Below, one piece after another: positions 1 through 14,000 of a stretch of 64,000 bases of DNA. The notes under the pieces were generated by a model. The model saw nothing but the letters and a program-made list of their open reading frames with translations, did no database searches and was not told the DNA's origin. Source of the DNA: Vicugna vicugna (Eukaryota). Each line of letters begins with the position of its first letter. The stretch's first letter is position 1. Position numbers and translations under genes: made by a program. The stretch covers positions 3,284,909 to 3,348,908 of the forward strand of contig MU057560.1 in the NCBI GenBank assembly GCA_013265495.1, given 5' to 3'.

Positions 1-1179
1 CAGGGTCGCCCACCCTCTTCACAGCTCTCTTCTCCATCAGGGGCTCCTGTTACTCGCAGATCTATTTGCTGTTTGACTTAGTGCCCGTGTACCTAACCGA
101 GCTCTCAGAAAGGTGGCCCTTCTACAGGACGTCGGCTCAGCTGGCCCCAGATGCTCAGGCCTCTCTCGGCCCCCCTCACCCCACACACAGGGGTGCCAGC
201 CTGCCGAGGGCCTCCCAGGAGGACTCAGGACCCCTCCAGCCCCACCTGTGCAGGGCTTTCCTTTCTCTGCGGTCTCAGCCCCTCAAGTCCCGGCTGCTTC
301 GGGAGCTGGAACTCCACCTTTACTTCTCCAGACCTAGAGGACCGCAGAGTGCTCGAAGCTGCTGTGTCTGCTCAGTTTCTCGGCCCAGAGCTGTTTACAG
401 ATGCGCAGATTCCCTGATCAGAAGCCACACAGGACGTGAGGTAGTCTCAGAGCTCCCTTCTCTTGCATCCTCATCCAAGGCTCTGGGGCACTGGCTCTTC
501 TCCCTTGTGCTCTAACCCAGTGCTGTATCACACCCAGCCTTCACGCTTGCTCTTTTTTCCAGAGAGGTGGTCGAATGCAGCTTTCTCCATCTTCCTACAT
601 GCAGAAAACTCTTGTGTTTTTAAACCACATTTGCTACAGAAGAAGTATGTTTGCCTACGACATAAGCTCTTGGTGCTGTCTGAACTAGAAATTCAGTAAC
701 TAGTAAAACAAATCCACGAATTTTTTAAGAAAAAGACTATCTCATGATCACTTACCATATTTCTACCAACTAATGAAAAAACGGCTCAGTCTCTGTAGTT
801 ACTTGAAGGCCCAGTTGCAAGTTGAACTTCAGAAAATTAAAACCATAGTTAGTTATTTTTCCCAGAACATTTAAGAAAGGGGCCAATGGTCAGGGTCAAT
901 CTGGACAAAGGTAAAAATATATTTTCAGTTTCACTGACCCTAAACTTGGTCTGTGGGGTTTCCCCGTTTCTCTTAACAGAGGAGGGCGTGGTCTTGGGGG
1001 TCTTCAGACGGCGTGGGGGAGGAAGGGTGGCGTCCGTGTCTGCTCAGAGGACAGTGCTGGGGAGCGGCTGTGCACCTCCCAGTCACACTGGTGCCTTCAA
1101 ACACTGATGTCATAGTCCCCAAGTTGAGGAAAAGGAGACAGACATTGAGAGGGGAGTATGTGGGCTTTACAGCTCAGCA

Positions 1180-1520
1180 ATGCCCACCTGTGAATTTATC
1201 TACGCCACTGTGAAATCCGCCTGCACACACGCACAGGCGTGCACTCAGACCTGCATCACAGCCTCGTTAGAACAGAGAGGTACCGGGAATGCCGTCTTTA
1301 CACAGTAAAAGGGACTAAACTTGCATCAGTTAAATACATGCATTTTTTTTGCGCAGCTGTTACTGAGAATGAGGTCTATTTACCATTTATGTGTGTTAGC
1401 CGAGGTCCACAATGTGGTAGGAGAAAACGAAGTTAGAGAATGGACACACTGAATGATACACTTTATGACAAAACACAGTGCCGTATATGTGACAACGTGC
1501 ACCTGTCAATAAGGTGTGTT
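1180..1520 (+). mobile_element. Ancient LINE-1 3' fragment
   Basis: Weak resemblance to old L1M 3' regions (gaatttatc...gcacaggcgtgcactc...gcatcacagc; tgatacactttatg). Confidence 0.4.
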
Positions 1521-3064
1521 CTGGAACCGGCTCACGGGGACCAGACGTTTATGTCTCTTCCTGAGTCTGCCGGGGAGGAAGGCGTGTTTGCAGCTGGAGG
1601 TCGGCCGCGGTCGGAGTATTGTCGCCCGAGAAACTGGCAAGAGACCCAAGCTGGAACTTTTCATTAAATGAGAGCTAGCTCACCGGCGCCCAGTCTCACG
1701 TGTGTACGTGCATTCACACCTGTGCGTCCATGAGGGTGCTGACGGCGCCACCTTGGAAATAAACGTGATTATGAAGAATACTTCATCCTTAGTAATATTT
1801 GTGTTTTTTACTTTCCAAAGAGAAAAGGTAATATCTGTACTGATAACACAGTTTTTTGCTATCAATACCATATACCTTCATATGTAGCATATATGATATA
1901 CTACATGATAAATACTATGCAGAAGTAAGTTTTTTCTGTGGAAAACCCCGTTAATTTATATTCAGCTCAAGATGTTAGTTATTCATGTTGTATTTTTTAA
2001 AATAATTGCCTAAATCGAGCTGGAAGAGCATAAGCCATGTGGCTGTGGGTTGTAACACAGTTCTGTCCTAGAGGCAAATATTGCCCAAAATACAAGTAAA
2101 TAAGAGGAGATGTTTTATTTGAAAAAATACGCATAGAACGTCCCATCCATTTGCTCTAAAAGTGAGGACAGAAAGTCTGGGATGAGTCCAGGCTGATTTC
2201 AGGAAGCGCTCCGCCCAGGGGCGGCTCTCTAGTCCTGCCCTCACTTTGCAGCATTTGTAAACATCTTTAGGCCGCGCTTACTAGATACAATCTGGTGTGA
2301 GTGGAAGTTACGCACACACGCTCACATGTACACACGCACACGCACAAGTGCACACACATCTTTTCAGCCCCCGCCTGGACGTCAAACTCGAGGAACGCCG
2401 GTGCTCTGCTCTGGGCTGACCTGGTGTTTGGGGCCCTCACTCCTGGGGGTCCAGGCAAGCTGGACTTGTCGGCTGGCCCCGAGACCTACTGGGCCTTCGA
2501 CAGTCACTGAGCAGGCGCATGGAGTCCCACGCCGGGGTCTGCGGGGGTCTGTGTTGGACCCTAGAGGTGGACTGGTCCTCCCAAGTTCAGGTAACCGTGA
2601 CTTTCATTCCGCGACGTGAGAGTTCTGAGACAAACCACAAGTCAAAAGAGGAGGCTTGTGTCTCCGGAGGAGACGGTCTCATCACGGCAGGATTACTGCT
2701 GCTCACTGATCAAGTCGGTGTCCGCTCAGCGTCTCCGCTATGGTCACTCCTCTCCTGTGAATAACGCTCTGTGACCTGCTTGAGGCCTCGGAAAATCCTG
2801 TTACGCAGCAAGTCAAAACCCTGTAAGTTTAGGTTTCATGGACATGAAGATAACATCAAAATGGATAATTTAGGTGAATCTCTGTCTCAAGTTGAAATTT
2901 ATCAATATTTCTGAAAATGAATCTGGGTAAGGGCACTTTCAAGACTTTATGTGAAAACTGAATCACATTTCAGAAAGGTTTTTATAATGTTTTCATGTCC
3001 ACCAGGTGTTAATAAAGACAACCAGGGGCTGAGCTCTCCCCTTCATTTATGTTTACCTGGTTAC

Positions 3065-3142
3065 ATACACGTGTGAGTATGTGAGGTGTGCATGTGTGTG
3101 CGTGTGTGAGTGTGTGAGGTGTGGGTGTGTACACGTGTGCAA
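3065..3142. repeat. Degenerate (TG)n microsatellite
   Basis: gtgtgagtatgtgaggtgtgcatgtgtgtgcgtgtgtgag... Confidence 0.8.
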
Positions 3143-3149
3143 GTGTGTT

Positions 3150-3780
3150 CCAAGGGCTTCCACCTCACGTTCACCTCCCGGCGGAAGGAACGGGGTGGGG
3201 CAGTGACGGGTCTCAGCGGGTCTCTGGTTCCGGGACTCCAGCTCGCAGGCCGGCTGGACGCCCGTCGATGCTGAGATGCACCCGCCGCCGCCTCCCGCCC
3301 CCACCCCACGTCCATCTCGCCGTTCGGCCGTCCAGGGTCACAGCCCCCCCAGAGCCCTTCAGAGCGCGCTCCGGCGCGGGGCTGGGGGTCCTGGGTCCCC
3401 CGACGACCGCGGGAGGGGCCGCCCGGCTGCGCTGCGGGGCACCTGCCGCGCAGGAGACGGTTTTCTGGGAGCGGAGACGGGGCTCGGCCGGGTGGCCCCC
3501 GCGCGGGGCCTCGCTTCCTCACGGGTCAGATGAGGGGCGCCCCAGCCTCCAAGGCTGCTGCGAGGTCCAAGTGAGGAGCACGAGGAGTTTCAGGCGCGCT
3601 GGGCCCGTGCGTTTCCCGTGGACACTCGCAGCGCTAGCGCAGGCGCCTGATCCAGCGCCCACGGAGCTCGCTGGTGACGGACACGCTCCAGCCCGGGGCC
3701 GCGAGGGGCGGGGCGAGCCGCCCGGCCTATCAGTCCTGGGGGGCGGAGCTCCCAAATGTTACCTCTTACTCCTGTACCAA
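3150..3780. promoter_or_regulatory. Orphan CpG island
   Basis: CpG/GC-dense block with GC box GGGGCGGGGC at 3705-3714, bounded by a TG repeat on the left and AT-rich DNA on the right. Confidence 0.6.
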
Positions 3781-5863
3781 AGGATATCCAAAAATCATAA
3801 ACAGACACCTTAATTGTCTTAAACTATGGTGTGTCAGGCAGAAAGATTTTTAAAATTTAAGTTCTAATGATGAAAGGGCATTTTATTCATCTTTCTCCCA
3901 TTTGATTTGAAATTACTTAATTCTCTGAAATGTGCTTTTATCTGGTCGCGGACATGGAATTAAAAAATTCTGGGTCATGGAGGTTCAAGTACTAGTTGGA
4001 TGTGTATTCACTGTCAAAAATATTTTTGTGACTATTTTATGGAAGCTCGTGAAGTGAACAATTTTTATAAGAAATCTTATTTTCAAACCTACCATTTTCT
4101 CAATGGTCAGTTGAGGGACACTGTGCCTGCTGCACCCCGACCCAGTGCCTGCTTGCAGTAAACGTATACGCTCACTGAGGACACGCGTGCACACAGATCA
4201 CGCACAGTGAGAGTGTGATGCGTTACATGGGCCAGCGTCCACAGCGAGATGTCACAGAGCACTCACCCGCAAACCGAGTGTGGTGGCAGGAGCCGGCGCT
4301 CCGGAGAAGGAACGGCCCCACCTCCGCTTACTGTTGGTCTATTTACATACATAACGTGTAAAAATTTACCAAAACTTGCATCTCCTGAAAAAGTTTTTGA
4401 TAACATAAATGTGCAATATTGCGTTTTAAGCCTCACTCTAAAGAATCTGATGGACTCCTACTTGCAAAGTTTTTGTGCCTTTTCTCGCCCCTGCTTTTTG
4501 TGAAAAAATCATTGATTTATTCACACAGTAATTCTTTGCAGATAAGACTGACACAAATGGCTGTTCTTTTGCTGGGCAAAGGGGATCATGGGAAAAGAAG
4601 TTTAATTTTTTTGGCTGTTTTGTCTTTGGGGAGGAAAAACTGTCTCTCGGGGAGTTGAGTCTGTTTCTGTCCACACTTGCGGAACCCCACTCACCCACCC
4701 CCCATCTCAGGGGGCAGGGAGAGAGGAGAGCGTTCACCCTTCAAAGATCTTCCTGAGATGGAAATGTAATGTGATGCTTTGGACAGAGAAAGGCCAGATT
4801 TAAGGACTGAAAGAGAGTACACCTTTGAGAAACTTGTCCCGCCTTGAGGATCATCTTGATTTAACCGCATCCTCTATGACCCCTGCCTACGTGCAGTGGT
4901 GTCGGGGGTGGGGGGTCGCTGAACCACCGACGTCGTGGTCTGGCTGACGACGAGGCGTCAGTTTCTCCTCCTGTCCCAGAGGCAGTGAGAGCGCAACTTC
5001 CTGGAGAAGGAACACGCCCCCTCGGGAGAGTCCCGGGCCCGGGGCGGTGGGGGTGCTGGGGCAGTCCTGCAGTTACGCGGCAGTCCATGCAAACGTCAGA
5101 GCAGAAGCTCGCCTTGGAGCCTGGACTGCGTGAGTAGGTGCCGGACCGTGGTCTGCGCAGCCGTGGGACCGGTTTTCTTGATGAGAACTTACAGTGAGCA
5201 CAGTTTCCAAATCAGTGGGTTGGATTATTCTAGTTCAGTGGTTACAATTTTCCAAATGATTGAGTTTGGAGTAGAATTTATCCAGAACGGACCAGTTTTC
5301 AGGCTTTTTGATAACAGTGGACTTCCTCAATTTGGGAATGTCTTTTACGTCTTCGGCAAAGGTTGTTGAGTGCTGATTTATTTTATTTTACTCAACAGGC
5401 ACAGAAAACGCCGAAGTCCTGGGCTTGTTCAGTCATTATTCCTCAGATCAGCATCTTAGCTGCGAAGGAGGCTTCTTGCTGTTGCTTGAAGGAAGTTTGT
5501 GTCACACCTCCTCTGCTAACCGTGAGACACGTTAGGAAAACGTCTCTATTGCACACAGAAGTGCACTGTCAGGAGACTATTCCCAAAGCCAACAGGGTCC
5601 TGCAGACGTCGGGCAGCTGCTCTGAGACCTCCCTGGCCTTGCTGAAGTGTCCACAGCTCTCCATCTGCCTGACCTCGCGGAAACGTAAGTTTGATCTCAT
5701 TACTACGTATGACTTCACCACAGAGGCTTTGCATGACTTTATTTAAAAATGATCGCCCTTTAAATACAGGAATCAATGTGAGTTGTTCACTTTGACTTGA
5801 TGGAAATGTCAAAGAAAAATACGAATATAAAATCTGTACTATTGGCAAATGTCAAACTTATGA

Positions 5864-5894
<31 letters not shown>

Positions 5895-7605
5895 AACAGC
5901 CACTTTATGTATATTTTCTCCTTGTATATTTCCACCTGCTTTCAGATCTAGGTAGGAAGACAATGGAAGATGTATAGTATGTTGACAACAGAGCCCTCTG
6001 GGATGAGAGACCAGGGCAACTTACCAGCAGACACTGAGTCACAAATTTAACGTGCTTGATTCCCCCTGAAGCTCAGTCTGAAATAGTGCCATCGAGTTCC
6101 TTCTTGTTTCCTGATGCTTCACCGGGTCCAGGCGGGTGGAGAGACAGTGGTGGGTGGTGCTGGGGGGAGGGGGTCTCCTCTGTCAGGTGGGGCGGGGCCG
6201 CCACAGGCAGCCGCACCTGTCACCTGTGCTGGGAGGGGAGCAAGAGCCACCTGCACTCCTACCACTCGTCCCAGTCCTCGTCTTCAGATCCCTGGACACG
6301 TGTGGAAAGCCAGTGTGTGTACTTTTTTGAGCAACCTGAGAACCGAATGACAGATTTTGCTTGTGCTGTAATTGTTCATTTATGTGTTGACTTCCTGAGG
6401 AAACTAAGTCTCTGGAGGATTTTAACTCATGAGTTCCTCTTTATAAACTCATTATTTAGCATCTACCTGGCACAGAGATAAAATCGCAGGGCATGTTTGC
6501 TAAGGAGCTAAACAGATGAGCTTTCTTTCTCTTTTGTACTTTCACAAAGCAAGTTGTCGTATCTGAGCTGTGAGAAATGAAATAAAAGTAAGTAAAATGT
6601 TAAGAAAATCTAGAACTTAAACAGCAATACTACAAATCCATCATATTGATTTATCACACAGCTTTAAGGTAATCACCGTGTGCTGAGAACCGCTCTCGGT
6701 GGTGTTGAGCCCATGGAGCAAGGCTGATCTGATTTGCGCCCTTACCCTCAGCGAGGTTGCTGTGTAGCCACGGTCGGTTCTATTAGCTGATTTATCTTTT
6801 CCAGATGAAGGTGAGACAGGCCCCGTGGACCGAGCAGCATAATATTTGCAATGTTTGGTGACTTGAGTGGACACCGTGCCCTTGCCAACTCACACTAGGG
6901 TATCTTTGCAAAACATGTGGATGCTCAGTAGGTGTTTGGAATCTGTTTCCTCAAAAATAAGCCCTTGACACAGGGAGAGTTACTCAGGTGGCACAGAAGC
7001 TGGGGCGAAGGGCGCTGCCGATGCAGGCAGTTGGGCAGCAGGTCCCCCCGGGACACAGTTAACCCCTGTTGTCCGGACCAAGGTCTGGGTGCCGCATTTT
7101 CTCCGACGCTCATTCGGGCTCACCAGCGGTGCCGCTTTCCGAGCCCTCCTGGGAGCACTGTCTGTGTTCAGTTTCCATCAGAGCTCTATGCCTAGTGAGT
7201 TACTCTGAAAACTCCACGTCCCTCAGTGCCCACGGGGAATGTTTGCTTATCTTTACCTAATTATGTCCAACTTTTCCTTTATGGATTAGCCAAGTTATTT
7301 GAAGGAAAATGAGCAAATCCGGATATTTTAAAACGCGGAGAGGTGTTACCCAGAATCCCCTGCACTGGTGTACGTGCCCTCAGACAGCACCCTTCCTGGG
7401 TGCGAGCATCGGGTATGACATCCGTTACTACGGCACAGGTGAGCCGTTGTGCGTCGAGGTCCACTCTCTGTTATGTTTTCCCAACTAAAATACACTTAAA
7501 CACTTGTCTATGTAATTATGGGTTTATGTCGTTTTAATTGCTACATAAAATTGCCTTTTGAGGATGTAGCATAAGATATTTAACTCATTTTATATTGTTG
7601 AATAC

Positions 7606-8051
7606 TGTGATAGTTTATTATTCATGTCAGCTTGATGGGGTCACAGAGTGCCCAGATATTTGGTCCAGCATAATTCTGGGGGTTTCTGTGAGGGTGTTTT
7701 GAGGTGACGTTAGCATTTACATCAGTGAACCAAGTAAAGCACATGGTCCTCCCTGCTGTGGGTGGGCCCTGTGCGATCAGTTGAAGGTCTGCGTAGAACA
7801 AAAAGGCTGATGCTCCCCAACTAAGAGGGAACGCCTCCTTCCCAGTGACCCTCACTCTGGGACGCGAGCTTTCCCATGAAACGTCGGTGCATCCTCCACC
7901 TCAGGGCTGCTGACTCACCCTGCAGATCCGGGGACCCAGCCCTGTCATCACACCAGCCACCTCCGCGTCGTTGAGCTCTTTAAGGGGCATATTCATCCTG
8001 CCTGTGTCTCAAATGTCCGGCTGGTTCTGTCTCTGAAGGGCTCTGACCAGT
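7606..8051 (+). mobile_element. ERVL LTR (MLT2-like)
   Basis: Starts tgtgatagtt...tgtcagcttgatggggtcacagagtgcccagatatttggtc, a typical MLT2 5' end; ends ggttctgtctctg...ctgacca. Confidence 0.85.
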
Positions 8052-11000
8052 GCGGATGCCCCAAGTTTAAGAGTTTCTAGAGAGAATCCCCAGGGACGCT
8101 TCTTTGAACATTTACTCATTCGAAGTAAACGGTCTTAGGTGAAATTCGGTCTGAGTGTCTTTGCCCCATATCTCTGCATGTCCAGAGCTGCTCCTATTTA
8201 AATTCCTTGATCAGGGCATTCCATCCAGAACCAAATTTCCTTTCAGCGCTCTCTGAGTTTATTTGTCCTTTCTTATCGACTTTGATCGTCACTTACAAAC
8301 ATGCATGCATTATGCACGAAACCTGAAAGGAGAGACCCTGTGACTCCTCCATCGGTGGGGCTGAATAAATGCTCTGCACACAGCAGCTGCCGAGAGTCTC
8401 GGCCAGAAGGATGCGTGAACAAGGCAAACTCCACCCTTCCAGGGAGGTGACTTTGCTTATGCAACTAGGATAAATCAGAAGGTCACTCTGCCCGGAGGTA
8501 AGAGCACATTTGCAGTGGGTTTGTTTAAGTCACATCGTGTAGCTTCATCCTCGACAGACCTCGGTGTATTTGCTGCGACATCTTAAGTAACTTGTGAACC
8601 AGAAATAACAGCTCTCAGGGGGCTTAAATATAAAACCCATGTGGGCACCAGGGGACGTCACAATGTCTTCTCTGGTGCGGCTTCTCCTTGCTTGTGACAG
8701 AGCTCAGAGAGCAAAGTTTATTCATCATGAAAGGATTTTTTCATTGCTTCTTGTTACAGTGTTTTTTCGCTTGGAGAGCAGCCCCCGTGACCCGGGAACA
8801 TTCACATGGTTCTAGGTCAGCATTTCTTGGTCGATGCTGCCTTATCTTCTCGTCTTCCCAGTCTAAGATCCTGAGCATTCCACTGCCAGATGAGCCTTCA
8901 AAATAGCCAGCACAACAGGTACGGCTGTGTGACCACCACCAGAGCCCAGCACTGGTCTCTCATGTGACAATTTCACAACCATCTCCTTCCCTCATGGCTC
9001 CAGGCACATCCACCCTAAGGGGCAGGAGTTCCAAGTCTAACCCTACCCTTAACCCTAGGGGCTTCCCTGGACGGTGGTGATGTTGTACACACAGAAATTT
9101 ACCTCCTGGAAACCGCAGGATAAATGTGCTCAGGCCCCTCGTGGGCTCCCGGGGCCCCGGCGCAGGGCCGACAAGCTGTCGTGCGGAAGGTCCACGCAGT
9201 CTGCAGCCGAGGCGTTTCCGTGGCTGCTGGTTCTGTGAATAAAGGTGCTTTCCATCAGGCTCTTAAGCCAGGAGCTTAATCAATACACAATGTCATCCTT
9301 TAAAACGACCTAGAGAACGTTAGTAAGTACAGGACATTTCTAAGCGTGAAAATTAATAAAATGAAATTAAGAATTTTTCATTGCTTTAGAACAGGAAGGG
9401 GGATGTCTCTCAGGCCTGGCAGGCAGAATGTGAGTGAGCCAAAACCTGCAGACAGAAGCCGTCCTTCACTATTTCTCAATATTTCCCAACACCTTCTAAT
9501 AACCAGGATTCGGCGAACATGTCCTAGAAGATAATCTAATGTGGGCAGAGAGCTCTGGGGGGGACACTCTCTTCTCCTCCAGAATTCCTTCCCCGGTGGC
9601 CACCCATCCCGTGTCCCCGCGGCGAGGCGGTCCCACTCCTCTCCCTGAAGCACTCGAACCCGTCGGCGACACTGCACGTCATCCGGGGAGACACTAACTT
9701 ACCCCGCCTGGAGCTGGGTGATTTCAGCACCAGGTGACTGAGCTTTCCTTCGGTCCTCGTGGGCTGAACGGTAGATGGGAACAGTTGTGGTCTTAGAGGA
9801 CAAGGAAGCGAGGTCCTTTGCTCCAGCTCCCGGCTTCCTGATGATCGGGCTGGAGGAGAGCCTGAGCCCCTTCAGGACGGCGCCGTGGCCCTTCTCGTGC
9901 ATCGGCAGGCCCTGGGCCTCACTTGAAGAGCAGCCTGCCTACTCTGTCGGCTGGGACACCTTCCAACGTGCAGAAAGGAGGCTGCACAGTCCAGACTCGA
10001 TGCTTTGGAATTCTCATCCTTACCTTCAAGTTTTTTCAGTCTTGGATTCAAGATTGTATACGAGTTGAGTCAACTGAATTGCAGACTGCACAGTTCCTGG
10101 TGCAGAGTCAGGTTAAAATGCGTGTGTATCGACCAGTGGATGGGTGGATGAACAAAATGAGTGTTGTTACACTTCTGCGGTCCTTTCTCGCTTTGGTGAG
10201 AACCAGGAAATCACACAAAAGGGCCGTCAGACCAGAGCTGTGAACTGCTGACCAGCATGAGAAAGCAGCGTGAGAAAGGGCTTGTTTGATTCTCAGGAAG
10301 AGCCGAGTTCAGCTGATGGCTCGGGAGTGTGGGGCAGCAGTGTCCCGAAGTGCAGTGGGACTGGGGGGTTACCTGAGTCCCGCTCCAAAGCGCTGCCACC
10401 TTTGGGTGAGCTTCTAAGGGAAACCGAAGACAACAGCAGAGGGAGATTCAGGAACCACGTCATCAGAGCTGCCGCAGTGCAGGGCCTCAGTGCAGTGACA
10501 GCTGGAAGACGGGGCCCCAGCACGTGGCTGCAGGACACAGCCCACCCATGGCATCGCCCTCCCTGACTCTGCAAGTCAACCTGAGCCCAGGATACTTGAA
10601 ATTCAAATCTCACGCTCTTTCCCCTGTTTTCAAATTCAAAAAATGGAATTAAAATTTTCAATAAACGTTTCTCTTTGGACAAATGACAGCCCCCTAACTA
10701 CTCGCTTCCCAAGTCTTCTGTCTGTAGACTTTTTCGTCCTGCTCGGGCCAGCCGCAGGACTGCAGGACGCCGGCCCAGATGCCCAGGCAGGGCCTGGGCT
10801 CCTCACAGGAACTGCCCTCTGGGCATCTCCGCTGGGTCTGGTGTGGCTCCGGGTGGGGTCCTTTCCATGAGTGGGGCGGATGCTCTGTTGCCATCACACT
10901 CATGGCTGTGGTCCTGACGGGAAATCGGGAATTCAGCCCCGTGCCCCTCACTGACTCCCACTCTCACCTGGGACCCAGCGGTGTGGGCCACAGCTCAATA

Positions 11001-14000
11001 GCCCCAGACCAAGGTTCAGCCCAGCACGTGCTGCACACTTGCACCTGGGCAGCAGGCAGATGTGAACGCCTGGGCCGCAGGCGGGATGCCGCAGGCTGGG
11101 ATGACACTGGACCCGTGGGCAGAGCTCGGCGCCTGGCCAGCGGGAACGCTGGGCTCTGGTAACAGGACGGCTCTGCTTCGTTTGGGCCGAGGCTCTCAGT
11201 CTATTGGGAATCAACGCGGCTTTCCACCGAGGGCGAGAAATCCTGCACGTCCGAGGGGTTAAGGTGTGAATTGCTCTTGCTGGGGTGCAGGCCAAAAAGC
11301 AGACTCAACACCACCAGCTGTCACACAATTTTCCAAAAACCTCAGCGCCCCCGGGTGTTCCGTTCCTGCCTCAGCCACAAAGGTAATGATTACGTCAGAA
11401 GCATCTGCATGAGTTTTAGGGTGACTCAGGCAATTCTCAAACTAGAATGAGGCACCTGTGTGGTTTTCTCCAGTCCCTTGCTGGGTGAATGTGTCCTCTA
11501 AGTGTTACGCCCTGCCATCGCTATTTCCTCCAAAGCTCGACTAATCTAACTGTGAATGGTCCACTTTGCCAACATTTCAAGCAAACCTGTAATCAGAGCG
11601 CAGCCCCGAATGGCTGTCACTGAACTGGAATCGCACGCAGGCCCTAGAGGCGCAGAGCAGCCACCTAAGCACTGGCGCTCTCGTCGCGCGCGCTTTCCCC
11701 CGGGGCCCGTGCTGTGCTGCCAATGACGCTATTTGGGTAAATCGGGGAGAAAGAGGGACCGGGAGAGTGGACAACCAGATTTTCTGAAACTCTGTTCATT
11801 CCACGGAAAGGTTCTGACACATCGTGAAAACCAGCTTTACTCCTAGGATATAAAAGCTACAGCAGCTTCTCACACTAAGACGTTACCTGGGAAAAGTTAC
11901 AGGAGCTGACTCACAGCCGCTGGGTCAGCAGGAGCCCCCCCACAGGCTGGAAGATTAGTGTGCGTACGTGTTTAGGCAGGCAGGCAGTAGGCACCCACAC
12001 TGAGTCTCTACATAAAACACAGGGGTATTAGTTTTGCAGTTGCATTAGCTTTATTGACTGATATTGATGATTTTGATAAGATCAGTTTGAATCAATTGAC
12101 TAAAAGTAGGACATGCCGACATACTTAAGACTTGAAAGCTTTTTAAAGACATCTTTTGATCTAAGCAATCGACTAAGCAGATGGATCCAGCAACAAGTCA
12201 AAGACGACTAAAACCCCAGGAACACCGAACGCTCCCGCTCGGTCAGCGTCCTTCAGCGACCACGAGGGAGCTCCAAAGCAGCGTCTGCACCGTCAGGCAC
12301 AGCAGAGTGATGGGGTTTTGCTCGTTTCCACAACGGAAATAGCGCTGGACCTCCCTGTCCTGGTGTCCAGGGAGCAGAAGACGTGTTTTCAAACATAATA
12401 CAGCGTGTCCGAACTTGGACAACTTGGCACGTGTCTATTGACACGTCAATAAACACGACTTTAAGGAGATTAACTGAACCAAACATTTATAAATTTCCCA
12501 CTTCTGAGCTTTCATACCTTCCCCCAGAGGACCCAGTGTGACTGGCCCAGAATCCAGGTCTGACCACGTGGTCGGTGAGTATCAGTTTGCACAGACGGCT
12601 CTCTCGAACCTCCGCCTGTCACCCGCCCCTGGTGTCTAGAGCCGCCGAGCTCTCAGACTCTCGGAGCAAACTCACTGGAAAGCACAGTTTATCAGGACAC
12701 TTGCTGTGGCTGTTTTGCTGCGGGAGGAGGGAGGGTCTCCTTGACGCCCTGGGGGGTGAGGGTGAAGTGGTCCCTCGTCACCGTCACCGGCTGCGATGGC
12801 CCGATTCTGGTGCCAAAACTCATCAAATGACACTCCAGTAAAATGGCTGCAGCCTTGCCCAAGAAATGTCCTGCCAGCTGTTTCAGGTTTTTAATCTATG
12901 GAGACAAATGTCACGCCACAAGAACGGAAAAAGAGATTATGCATATTTATGAGACTCTTTCGCAGAGAGAAAGAACTTTTTAAAATGCTTTCAAAAGCCA
13001 TATTGAACTCACTGTCTTTTTCTGAGAGTAGAAATCATGGCCAAAAATAGACATTCACTGATTTTATTGCTTATTTTCCATGAAAGCCCGCTGGCTTCGT
13101 AGGACAAAGGAGTCTGTTTTGAAATATGCACCCTCCACCGTGAGAAATAAATGGAAAAGTGAGTCATATTGATTTTTTATGAAGAACTGATAAAATAAAG
13201 CAGTCTTATGGGCGGTTTCAGGGAAAATCAGTTCCACAACGGTGAGTCCACGGGCTTCCGCACCATGCGGCTGTCAGTGGAGTAACAGAGCAAACACTGA
13301 GTCCGAACACCAGAAGGTTCGGGATGTTGATCCCTAAGCCCCTGGAGTCCTGCTGTGCTTTGTGACGCGATGACCGTCCGGTGACTGGGAGGAATTCCAG
13401 TCTTCTGTGTGCGTAGTAATAAAACAGCCGCTAAAACATTCACCTGCATCTTTATCATCAAGTGGTAAGACGTACTCACACCAGATCACTGCGTCTCTTC
13501 CAAAAGTAAATAAACTCACCGCAAGTTAGATTAAAAAGGAAAGTCACTTGCAGCGTCCATTTATAAGCGTAATCACGTGCTTCTTTGCGCATTTCCCCTT
13601 GCATAAAGACGCCATAGAGTCCTGTTACAGGGCAGCTTTGAGCAATATTTTAATTGTTTAGTCTTCTTTTTTGGAGAATGGAGAACAATGTTATTTCCTC
13701 ACTTAGGGTGGGGGCGGGGGGCGTCCAGGGGCAGAAAGGGTCACTGATAACGTAGAGAGTGTTAGTGGAGGAGGCGTCCTGCACACATCCCGCAGGCGGC
13801 CTCACACTGTCCTGCGTGGGAGGGTCGGTGCGCAGCGAGGTGTCCCAGCTCCCCTCCGGCCCCACCCTGCGCATCTGGACGAGTCCGCCCTGCTCGTCCC
13901 TAGGACGGGGCCCCCTGCTCACCATCCCGTGGAGACCAGGGAGGAAGCTTCCGTCCCTCCAGGCAGAGGAAGGACAGGGGAACCCCCGTCAAGGGCGGAG

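Noticed and set aside
3121-3813. 230-aa ORF or SNTG2 first exon in the CpG island
   Set aside because: Non-ATG start, low-complexity Arg/Gly/Pro composition and no resemblance to the SNTG2 N-terminus; expected by chance in GC-rich DNA.
8642-8659. Additional CTCF-like motifs (also near 1744 and 10390)
   Set aside because: Several core mismatches; such matches are common in GC-rich DNA.
9723-9743. REST/RE1 site
   Set aside because: Only the left half (TTCAGCACC) matches; the GGACAG half is absent.
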